Assembly (NCBI GenBank): GCA_030141605.1
Contig: JAQGDQ010000634.1
Location: forward strand, 58,084 to 122,083
DNA from: Tubiluchus corallicola
Taxonomy: Eukaryota > Animalia > Priapulida
DNA: 64,000 bases
Direction of reading: 5' to 3'
In this document: one piece after another, positions 40,264 to 51,407 of the stretch
How positions within the stretch are numbered: the first letter of the stretch is position 1
Layout: each line of letters begins with the position of its first letter
Made by a program: the position numbers and the translations under genes
The notes under the pieces: model-generated
What the model was told of the DNA's origin: nothing
The model's database searches: none
Seen by the model: only the letters and a program-made list of their open reading frames with translations

Positions 40264-43200
40264 CTTCAGATGTTGACTGACAATACTTCACTTTATATAT
40301 CATTGGTAATGCATACGCTGTGCAAAAATGACAAAATTTTTGTCATTTTAGCAAACAACTGCATGATTTTATTATATGCTGGCTATCTATGATTTTGGTG
40401 ATTTTTTCCAAATTTTGTTTTGAAGCTTGTATATTATTTTTAAGAATGTAGTTGTTCTCGGCGCTATTACAGTTTCGCAGTTGCTAGTTTTTTTTTGCGC
40501 CGGAGTTACGATTATTTTTATTTAAGGGATATTTTTGGGGCTGGGTTTTGATAATTTTTAAGTTAGGGTACAAAAACTGCTAATACAAGTAACTATTTTC
40601 CTTTCCTCTGTGTCTAAACATTCACATTGAATCAGTTGGCCAAAATAGGTGCCGCAGTTTTGATCACGATAGTATAAGAAGAAAAAAACGAAATCGCTTA
40701 AAAATTACCATGCTGATCTTTCATACGGTTATGTGTAAATACCAAAAATTTTAAGTCATTCTTTTAGACTTTCTCAAATATGCAGAAATTTTAGTTAGTA
40801 ATTCAAAAAAGTAAATGGCGGAAGTATTTTGTTTGTCGCTACCATTAAAATTTACAGAGGTCCTCTATGTGTGTGTTATTTTCAAAACAATCTAGACAAT
40901 AGCGCCTCTTTCAATGCAAATGTCACTAACACGAAACACTGAAGCCACGATGCTCTAGCTTACATCAACAACTGATAAGTTTCTTACTTCTCTTGGTGAT
41001 TTTGGTACCAGCACTCATTTTGTTCCTCTGTATCAAACGGCTCTGTGCAGTGTGCAGCCTTGGTACACATTCTGTTCAAGAGATTTTAGATACTGTAGTA
41101 ACAAGGACTAAGTCCCATTTTTTCTTGACAAATTTTTATCGCTACTTTATTTTCTGGGGCGAAAACTATGACGTAAGCTCGTTGACTTCTTATTGTTTTG
41201 CTACTACGTATTGAGTACCTGTATATCAACGCGTAAATGATTTTTCAATTGATGATTAGCTGACATTCCGGCATTTAAAGTTTTAAAATGCAAAAGCTTT
41301 TAGGCCACTATAGCTGTAGCTTGTAAACGTTTAAGAGCCAATTTTTAATGCGTTGTAATACCACACTGTGAAACTTTCACTTGCTTCTAATATTTTTGTA
41401 ATCTAAACGTATTAAACGTGTAATCTAGACGGGTTCTCTACAGTAGTAAAAAGAAATTAAGAGATTACTTATTTTCGTGTTACTAAGGACAAATAATGTT
41501 TTTTAAAGCAATTTACTGCCAAGCTACAAATTGATAGCATACCAACGAGAAAAAGTTTATTAGCATATATGATTTAATTTACTTTTGTATACCGTTATAT
41601 AGGACAGCTTTATTTATACTAACCCATCCTACCTGTTCTCCTCTTCAACTTCTCTCTAACTACTAATACCTCCGGTGCTTTTGGCTTAACCCTTTCCACG
41701 TCTCTGTCAGAATGTAAAGATATTTTGTTCGAAATGGAAATAAATTATTACACTTACAATTACAATTACAATTAGACTTCGGCATTTCTTCTGCATCACC
41801 CCATATGCATACTCAATTACTGCTTAACATTTACGAAACTTTTAATAGTTAATTAACTTCCCTCATATTTTGCCCCATGTTTTCGATAACTCTTTTAAAC
41901 TACTTTTACTGTGCGGCTAGTGCATGCTGATAAAACAAAATTAAATTTAAATTTAAATTTGTAACATCATTTGACATACATGTTTATCATTCTGTGTGAA
42001 ACTAATTTATAGAAGATTAATTAACTGATAGCTCAAATTTGCAAATTGTAAAAGAAGGCGGAAGCTGCAGATCTTAAAATTCTAAAGAAACGTGCTCGGC
42101 TGACATTGTCCAAATAACGAACGATACATGAAATGTGAGTTTATGTAAAAAGTTTAGTTTATATTTAACAACTAAACACACATCTCTTTAATTCTTAAAA
42201 TTTTAGTTCTTTAATTAGTTCATGACTCAGCAAGTTAGATAAAAACAACTATTTGATTAACTTTAAAAAAGGACAAATTAACTTAACGTCAGATGGTCTA
42301 CCTGACGAGAGTTGAGAAGAAATTTATAACTTCAAATCATTGAAGCCCGAGTTAGCAGGTACCGCATAAATGATTCAAGGTTAACCTGCATGTAAAAACT
42401 ATAGCCTGCGCAGCTCTAAGTAGGTTTGCGCAGGTTGTAGAGAATAAGCTAATCGGCCTTGGTCAGTAGTAGTCACCGTTTCGTTGCCTTGGTTTTCGGG
42501 ACTGTCGGGGACATGAAAAATGCTCAACTTTTCATTAGTTTGTGGGAGAGAAATCAGCCTGGTTTTAGATTTCATTACCGTTTGTCGATTGAAATTGCAG
42601 GTGTATTAGTGGAAATACATAGTCTAAATTTTTTTATAGGATGAAATGCGCAACGCTTACGTCTATGAGTTACTGATTTTGTTATTAATAAATTTAAATT
42701 TATATTAATAAGTTTTAATTTAATGTATAACCTTGCAAGCTGGATAAAGACAACTATTTGATTAATTTAAAAAAATACAAATTAACTTAACGAGGTTTGC
42801 GCGGGTTGTAAGAACGGCTAGTTCGCAATAGTTCAGGTCTAATGGCAGAGCTGAACTCATCCACGGGAATCTGTGACAAGTGTGATGGCGCACCACCTCA
42901 AGTGAACTGCTCAGCACTTGTGCACGTGTTGTGTAATTAACAAACAACACCCAACGTATTGCTTTGCAATGGAGATAAGGGGACTCAAAATTCAATATAA
43001 CTTAAAAGGAAATCCAATTGCAAGTTTCATGTGATAAAAACAAAACTTCTGTAAAATCATAGCAACTGTTACTACAGTGAATTTTTATTTAAGCATGATT
43101 GTGCTTGCCTCGTTTATGCGTAATAATACATTTCAAGGCAATATGAAGCAATATGGAATACCTATAGTGGCTTTACAATAATTTTTTATGCAATGTTGAT

Positions 43201-43921
43201 ATGAAAGATGCTTGTGGTGTAGAAGAAAAGATAAATTTGCTAAATCCTCAAGCCGTGGTAAAAATGACATGGCAAAATGATAAGAACTAACTCAGTACCT
43301 AGAACTAAACCGTAGTTGTTTGTCCTGGGTGGAGATAATAAAAAGAAGCACTAAATATTCTCTCTGAGACCTCCAAGAAGTGCTTCATGAATGTTTTTTT
43401 TGTACGTGGTGTTCAGTCAAATTTTGGAAAAAACGACCGAAAATCACCCATTTTGGCACACTATACCCTCTTCTCCACAAAGTTTCGTGGAAATCTGTTA
43501 GCTGCTTTTTGTGTAATAGGCTTACTTCTGTAACACATAAAAGCAAACAAAAAAAAACTGAGTTGAAGCATAACTACCTTGGCAGAGATAAGAATAACTA
43601 AAATTGTTATCCACTTATCCACCCGAGTAACTCTAACCCTAAACTCATATTTTACTAAATGTGCCATTTTTCTTGTTTTCTTACCTACTTCTCCACTTAT
43701 ACCATTTTTCCTGTTCCATTTTTACCTTTGCCATTTTACCTACATTTGTGAGAAACAGTCAAAAATAGTTCGTCTCATTCAGTGCGTCAGTACCTTTCTG
43801 TATCTTGCAGTTTATCAAAACAATGCAAATGATGTCATAACAGCAACAGTTTGCAATCAAAATCCTCTTTGCAGGAAAACTTCAAACTGTAATACCATTC
43901 CTCTATCATTGGCCTTTTTGA

Positions 43922-44878
43922 TTAGAAAAAGAATTCCCTTATTTTGTTCCTAAACGTATCTAGTTTTGCTGCATACACAAAAACATTAGCGAATGAGCTG
44001 CAGAAGGCAGGTATATAAAACCAATAATAAGTAAATCTATTTACAATCCAAGATTCGCCATTAGTATACCAAAATAGAGTGGAACATATCATTGGAGAAT
44101 AACACAAGAAAAATAAACCTACAGATAGTCCAACAGCCTTGACTGGTTTGAGCTTGGTTTGAAGTTGTGACATGCTGGGATTTAATTCATTGCTTATTGG
44201 TAGACCATGTACAATATTGATGCACTGTAAAGCTTGGTTTTGTCTCCATGCAGCTTTGAAAATGATGACGTACAAATATACAAAAGTACCAAACGTGATA
44301 GGAAAAAATACAATGTAAAAGTATTTCATCACTTGTGCGTACATTCCACTTGGTAAAGGAATGCACTTATAAAGGAATTCAATTTTGAAAACATCTGTTA
44401 GCATATTAAGTGCAAAACTGCCGCAAAAAAGCAACCAGCTGTAAGAACAAATTATGCACACTCGTTTTTCAGACAGCAGGATTGGATAGCGTAGCGGATA
44501 TATAATGCTTAAAAACCTTTCAAAGGTCAAGAAAAAGTAATTCATGAGTGAATTTAAAAGAACTGTGTGATTGAATCCATACAAAGCTCCACAAAGTAAT
44601 CGATCATTCGTTGTTGGACGCACAAAATTAAACACTATAGTTTCTGTTATGATGAAGACGCCAACTACCAAGTCTGCAACAGACAAACTGCACAATGAAT
44701 AATACATGGGAGTGTGCAAAGCATAAGACTTGATGATAGTTAGGATGACAATACCATTTGATATGATGATTGCTATTCCAAGTAACAATAGAAATATGTC
44801 AATTCCAGTCTGAATATTTGCAATAATGTCTTCACTAAAATTTAATAACAACGATTCATTCTTGTACGTAAATTCCAT
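43922..44878 (-). CDS. Class A orphan GPCR, single coding exon, 318 aa (copy 3)
   Basis: ATG at 44878 aligns with copy 1 start (the ORF track starts at an upstream GTG); same motifs; roughly 85% amino-acid identity to copy 1 by manual count. Confidence 0.9.
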   Translation of the reverse strand: MEFTYKNESLLLNFSEDIIANIQTGIDIFLLLLGIAIIISNGIVILTIIKSYALHTPMYYSLCSLSVADLVVGVFIITETIVFNFVRPTTNDRLLCGALYGFNHTVLLNSLMNYFFLTFERFLSIIYPLRYPILLSEKRVCIICSYSWLLFCGSFALNMLTDVFKIEFLYKCIPLPSGMYAQVMKYFYIVFFPITFGTFVYLYVIIFKAAWRQNQALQCINIVHGLPISNELNPSMSQLQTKLKPVKAVGLSVGLFFLCYSPMICSTLFWYTNGESWIVNRFTYYWFYIPAFCSSFANVFVYAAKLDTFRNKIREFFF

Positions 44879-45489
44879 CGTAGACACTCACTTCCAGTTT
44901 AAAAGTTGGAAATTTCAATTGTGACCTTTAAGCTATAATTACTCATAGATCTGGAGAAAAGTGACGTATTTTAGCTTCTAGCAAAACAAGATTGCTAGGA
45001 CGTTTTTTGCTGCATTAGTGAAACACAATTTCCTAGTAATGCATAACTTTATGCCAATACCCATTATTTTGTAGTAATATTTTGTCCGAGTGGCGCTCAG
45101 TCTACACAATTCTCATTTATACAATATCTTATCCTGACACAGTCGAATACCACCTGAAATGACACGGACGTTATACTCATTCTCCTGTTGGTTATAAGCT
45201 GCACTGATTAGCTGAATGGTGTACAAAGTTGAGTAATACAATAACTGTTAGTAAATTGATAACATAGTAAAGCAGTAACATTGTAACTGCCAAGAGTTTG
45301 GTGACTTGCGCAGTTCGTGACACATATCTCAAATGAACTAATTAGCAGTTATAGTGTGCGCATTATATAACTAGCAAGCAGCACTCAACATATTGCTTCT
45401 ATACATGTGGCAGCAGGCAATACATATAGATATGTATATGTATATCTACATGTGCATACATATTATGACACAACTTGTGGGTAAAGCTT

Positions 45490-46100
45490 TATTAAAGCAT
45501 GGCACCAGGTCATTGATATTAGAGTAACGACTAAACAGCAAATTACTAAAGGCTTGCTTTCATTGAGAACAGACTTAAATTTATAGAGTTACTAAAACAT
45601 AACATGTTGCAAGATCATTTGAACATAAGCTTAAATTATTAAGATCTTGATTAAAGGGAACAATGATAGAAATTTACAGTTGAAGTTGAATGTTGACAAA
45701 GTTGTATACTGCACATTGAGTATAGAATTGGGCCATAAGAATTGAGAACGTGGGATTTCTTCAGTACATTGTGAGTGTCTATTGTAATACTCATGATTCT
45801 ATGATTAATGATAATATGCAGAGTTTATGCATTTGTGATAAAGTTTTTTATTTGGCCACTAGTTAGCCTGTTTTGCTTGTACTTGGGTACAAGTAGTTCA
45901 GCAATTTTCTGTATAGGTAAATCCCTATCTGAAGTTCGATTTATTGCATTACAGAGAGTTACATATAATGCGTTACAGTGATTTACACTGTGAAATATGT
46001 ATAGCCAAATATTTAATCGCATATAGAGATAGCTTTAACGAAATGTGTTAAATGAGAATCGAGTAATAATGTAAAGCTGCATCAGTTTAGATAAATGTTA
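45490..46100 (-). mobile_element. Degenerate CR1/L2-type LINE 3' fragment
   Basis: Minus-strand remnants LLVPK... and SYGPILY resemble the ORF2 C-terminus; AATAAA near 45490. Confidence 0.4.
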
Positions 46101-47219
46101 AATATGGTATTGAACTTGAATTTAAAATGTTCCTTTTTTATTTTTTATTGATGCTAGTGATGAATGATGGTACAGTGTGAATTGATCTGATGCTCCACTA
46201 AAATGTTTTGAATAGTGAAATGAAAATGTTTAAAGCAAACAGTATCATAAAATAGTAACGTTTATAGTATAACATTAAGTATATAGTATAACAATTTGAT
46301 TAGCATTTGTATTCATATTTTTTCCCAACTTATAGTACTGGGCTATCGTTTGCAGTTTGGTTACAGTTACATGGCATGAGAGGTAGTGATTCCCCGTCGA
46401 GGAACCATTATTACAAAAATGTATAGCGAATTGACGTACACTTTTCGTAGAGCAAATTTCGAACAAAATTTAGGGGAGCCGTGTAACTGTGACCGAAGCG
46501 GACATACTGTTTAAAATCTATGATCCAGTTTTCCCATACATACAACTGGGATAGTTTCTTTCGAAGTCTACTGAAAATCCGAACTTCCGTCAAATTTTCG
46601 GATGGTTGGTACTTACCGCGCCCATCGGCCCACGCTTTACCGCGCTTTGGTTACTTGAAAAAAGAATTGTGTCGTTACCGGACGATCAGTAACGAATTCA
46701 CCGTTTTGGTATCGTTTTATTGTCATTATAGTGTTTAAGTGTGAATTGTACAGAAGTTGTACACAACCTTACAGAAGTTGTTATAAAGACATATACTTAT
46801 GTACGGAACAGTGGTTTCGTAGTAACAAAAGGTTTAACTCACTAAACGTGTTGGATTCCGACTGATTTGTATTTTCAAGTCCACAAAATTAAGGAACATG
46901 TAAAAACGGTCCACATGGGCATTCATCGCCATTTATATTCTCCTACACAGATGATTCGTATTGCAAACTGGTTGCCGTTATGACATCATTTATAAGTTGT
47001 TTTGATACAATATACAGAAAAGTACTGATATTATTACTGAACGAAACGAAAACTTTTTACTGTTTTTCACGAATGTTGGTAAAAATGGTACAGTGAAAAA
47101 TGGCACAAGAAAAAATGGCACAGCTAAAATGGCACAGGAAAGAATGGCACTAAAAATGGTATAAATGAACAGGTAGGTAAAAATCGCACAGGGAAAAAGG
47201 CACAAAAAGTAAGTAAATA

Positions 47220-48100
47220 ATTTATTTATCTCTAAATGTTACAAAATGAACATAAACAAAAGCAAAAAACTAAAATAAAGATGGAAAAGAGACGAGGTTG
47301 CGAAAAGACTGAGGGTCACCAAGTCAACCACCCCTATCCAAATTGAAGAAAATTAAGTGACGTGTCAAGTAAGGTATGTACAAATGAAAATAATCAGCAA
47401 CTTAACAAACGACGAGGCAACAAGTTCAAATGAGTTTAAATTTAGAAACAATAAACAAATTTGGCAATGAGAAGAGGCAAAGTTTAAATTAGCAAACAAA
47501 ACAGAAAATTTAAATTAAAATCAAGAGAAGAAATCCAACTCAACAAAAACAAAACTAAAAATTACATATAAATTAAGAAACACAATCCAACAGAAGAAGA
47601 AAAAAATGAAGCAATGTCAAACCATGAGAATTGTAAATCATCACCAGGTCAAGTACCGCTATCCAAATTTACAGGAAATAATATGACGTGACAAGTACAG
47701 ACAAGAAAATAATAATCAACATTTGAAAAATAAAAATAAAGATGATAACTAGGGAAAAATTAAGATAATGAATTTAAAAGAGTTTATAATTAAGTGGCAA
47801 CATAAATAAATGAATATGGCAAATGGTATGAAACAATATTTAAATTAACAAAAAAACAAAAATTTGAATTTGACTGAACAGACAGAATTCGTAGGAATAA
47901 CCAAAGAGAAAAAGCAATAGCAGTATCGAGCTAAGTCAATTGTGGATTCATTGAACAAAATATAACTCCAGTAAAAATAAAGAAAATGGGTCAGGGTTAA
48001 ACAATAAGAATAATGCTGAATTTTTTTCCAGACTTTGTGAAGATTCAATGAAATGGATGTCAAACCGAATTATGCTAAGAGATAAATTAGAAACTAAGCA
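47220..48100 (-). mobile_element. LINE-like 3' region with an internally duplicated 3'UTR motif
   Basis: cacca(a/g)gtcaa...ctatccaaatt...tgacgtg(t/a)caagta at about 47318 and 47642; T-rich on minus strand; KVWKKI remnant. Confidence 0.35.
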
Positions 48101-48129
48101 TACAGAATTTCTTTCTAAATTTCATTAAC

Positions 48130-50710
48130 TAAATAGAATAGTTGCCGCGCATCGTCATCAGGGAAGACCTAGATTCAACAAAGATTTTGTCAAGAAGTGC
48201 GTGACCCTGGCACATGGAAAGCTCACCAAATCTACGTGGACACAAGGTGAAAGGATCTACGTCAAAGATCTTCATGGAAATCGATTCGTCATCAAGAGAC
48301 CTGAAGAAGTAGACACGTTTGACGTTCCTCTGACTGATGATCGTTTTCAAAATGCCAAGTTTCAAAGCAACTTCTCTCAATGGTCTCAACCGCTAATAAT
48401 TTTTGTATTCTGAATTCGTTGGTTCATATGTTATACTAGCTTAGGTTTACACGTCATTAATTACTAGTTCAGAAACTGTTTGCTTACTTGTTTATGTGGT
48501 ATGTTACAGGGCTTCCTTTGCGTTTTTTTATGTGTATTTATTCTTGATGCAGTAATAGCCAAACTAAGTTTTTGGGATTTATGCTTCTACTTACCTATCG
48601 ATGCCAGATTTTTTTGTCCCGAGTTGATAGATATTGTTAATTACTCGTGTAGTGCAAAGTTTTTTTTGGTCTTTTTATTGATATATTACTGTGAAAGTGA
48701 TAGTGCAAAGCTTGCTCTTCTTCATTTGATATATTTTATTACTACTTACTAGCAATTTGCTAATGCAAAATAGTTTTTTTATTGTCATTTGTTACTATAT
48801 AATTCTCATAATGCTAGGAAATTAGTAGTGCTAAGTCTTGTTCTTTGTCACTTTATTTGCTATTCATTGCTAGAAACCTCATAGTTTAGTTTTTTTTTTA
48901 TCTTTTGCCCTTTCTCACTAACTATATAGCTAAAATTCTAAAGCAAAGGTCGATTGTCTGTAAATTGCAGTGCAAAGATATTTTTACTAAGTAACTTACA
49001 GTAACTTCTACTTGATCTTTATCTTTAGGAAAGTTTTCTCCAAAGTCTGTCTCTGTTCATTGTTAGTAAATTGAAGTGGTAAGTTATTTCTCTCGTGTAT
49101 ACGCAAAAACATCACGCTTATTTACACTAGGCCCTCATAATTTTGCTTTGGAACATGCATAAGGCCTCTACAACATGTTCATATATGCGTGCACATTAAC
49201 TTTCCATCAATTCCATTTGTGTATATACAATGTTGCTTCTCGTTGATTGCTTAGGTTAATATTTCTTGTGCTTATTTTTACTATTTCATACTTGTTCTAT
49301 AAATTTCTTAACTTTTGCGATTAAAGATTCTTCAGTCAATACTACTACAATTTCTGCTGCAAATCTCATTTTAATTTAATTAGGGTAATGCTCAATCTGT
49401 TATAATGCGTTATAATACGTTTACGCTATAATGAATATATGTTTATCCCCTTCGCCCAACTATGTACTTTTCATGCACATTTAGATATGAAATAGTATTT
49501 TTGTGGTTAGGTAATACATTTTACAATTACCTTCGCAACTGCGTATGCTTTTCAAATTTCTGTGGTAAATCATGTTTTGTAAACTAGGCGTTACTTTTAG
49601 TTGACCACCCAATTTGACTTGTCCCGAGTAGATTTCGAATAATTTTGACAAAATAACAATTGTCCGCATCTTGTTCTGTTCAAGCTACATACATTATCCT
49701 ACTTGATATCCATTATAATTATTATGTTGTACTAGATGTACGCCTATGTTAATCTAATTTATTGCTGACGGTTGTAAAACTGTCGTTAACCTTGATTAGG
49801 CCTAAACGGATTCATATTGTCTGTACCCACTTATGGTGTTAATAGTAAACCTGTTCTGAATAATACCTCGTTTTCTGCAAATGATACTTGACTTGACCTT
49901 ACTGTTTTCGTTAATGTTAAGTTGTCATGTCACATATACAGTATCTATTTGTAAAAGCCTCGTGACTTTTGGATGCTCAGAATACAACTCATAGGCCTTA
50001 CATTTAACCTACTTAGCTTCAGATCTTATTCTAGCTTTTACACATTTCTTCATTTTCTTCTACTCTTTTTTACCGTTCACTTCAAATAAATGTTTAGTTT
50101 GTGACAGGATTGTGCGGGGTAATTAGGGTGGTGTGCTCTGTGATTGTTGCGGTCAGTGGGTTCACCCGAAATGTACGTCTTTGACCTTGTCTGACTTCTT
50201 GCATCTTGGCCATGATCACAATGGTTGGTTTTGCGAATGCTGCCTTAAAACGATATTTCCTTTTAACTCTATTGTTGATGATGACGAATTTAAATTTTAT
50301 GCCCGTTTTTCAAATATTAGATCTGTCATCGATAAAGACCTATTTAAACTGAATATATTTGACTTAATTGATGACGTCATTCATGATAATAACAGTGACA
50401 GTGATTCCGATAGACACTTTTTCAATCATATGCATTCTAACCCTGACAGTAAATACTACGATGAAGATCAGTTTCATTAGTTGCAATCCAATTTAAAATA
50501 TTCCAACCCATTTTCTTTAATTCATATTAATATTAGAAGTTTAAAATCTAATTTTAATCACCTTACTGCATACTTAGAAATTTTGCAAGGTAACTTTCCA
50601 GTAATTTGCACTCACTGAGACGTGGTTGACAGATGAGCTAAGGCAATCATTTTCTCTTCCAGGCTATAAACTTGTATGTGTTAATAGAAAAGTAAAAAAG
50701 GGTGGTGGCT
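48130..50710 (+). mobile_element. CR1/L2-group LINE fragment: ORF1 C-terminus, long spacer, then PHD finger and APE endonuclease start, truncated
   Basis: TWTQGERIYVK (48201 ORF); C..C...CDCCGQWVHPKC...WFCECC PHD; IHINIRSL...TETWL...LPGY...NR...GGG endonuclease motifs at 50520-50710 with stops and a frameshift. Confidence 0.7.
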
Positions 50711-51407
50711 TTGCTCATTCGGGAAGACTTATGGAACTGTCAATTGAATTTCTGAACTGCAAAGAACGAAACTGTGTACAATCTCACGTCGGCAAGTAGC
50801 ATCTCAAGCGGGCGCAAGTACTACATTTCTCAGTATTAATATTTTTAATATTTTTTTATACATTTTGTGATTTTTATGCAAGATTCATCAAATCTATACA
50901 TTACTGTACAATAGATATTACGCATGTGCCAAAATACTTTAGACGGCGTACCGCAAAAACTCGCGAAACAACGAAAATACCGCGATAAATATTTTACATT
51001 AAACTGTATTCACATGTTTATTCCTGTGAGTGGTTGTATAGGTAGAGGTTCCAAGTGTACTGCTTTGCCCTTGAGCCCATGATACTGTTAAGAGCGCCTG
51101 TCGCCTGATGTAAAATGGGTTACTTTACAAGAATCAATTTTGCCTGTTGTCAACCCTGCGACTGGCAAACTTGCCTCACGTGCTGTAGATTTCAGCCCCA
51201 AAAGATCAAAAGGAACCGACGCGCGTCCGTGTCCATACTGATAATAGAGTTTAGACTAATGATCCTGTGGACGTGTGGATCCTGTTGCACATTATGCTGT
51301 AACATGATACACTAAAAGCGGGATTTTGTCAGTCAAACCGCTTGTTGTGGAGATACACAAAGTAACAGTTCAAGTTAAGACTGTGACTTCACTTCACCAC
51401 GTGCACA

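Noticed and set aside
42288-42325. Hammerhead core CTGACGA...GAAA
   Set aside because: Stem II cannot pair and no stem III/NUH arrangement is present.
46157-46190. C/D box snoRNA (GTGATGA...CTGA)
   Set aside because: Boxes only about 35 nt apart, no terminal stem, no host gene on that strand.
46617-46625. ATG GGC GCG as the start of RPL15 (MGA)
   Set aside because: No downstream RPL15 coding exon visible on the minus strand.
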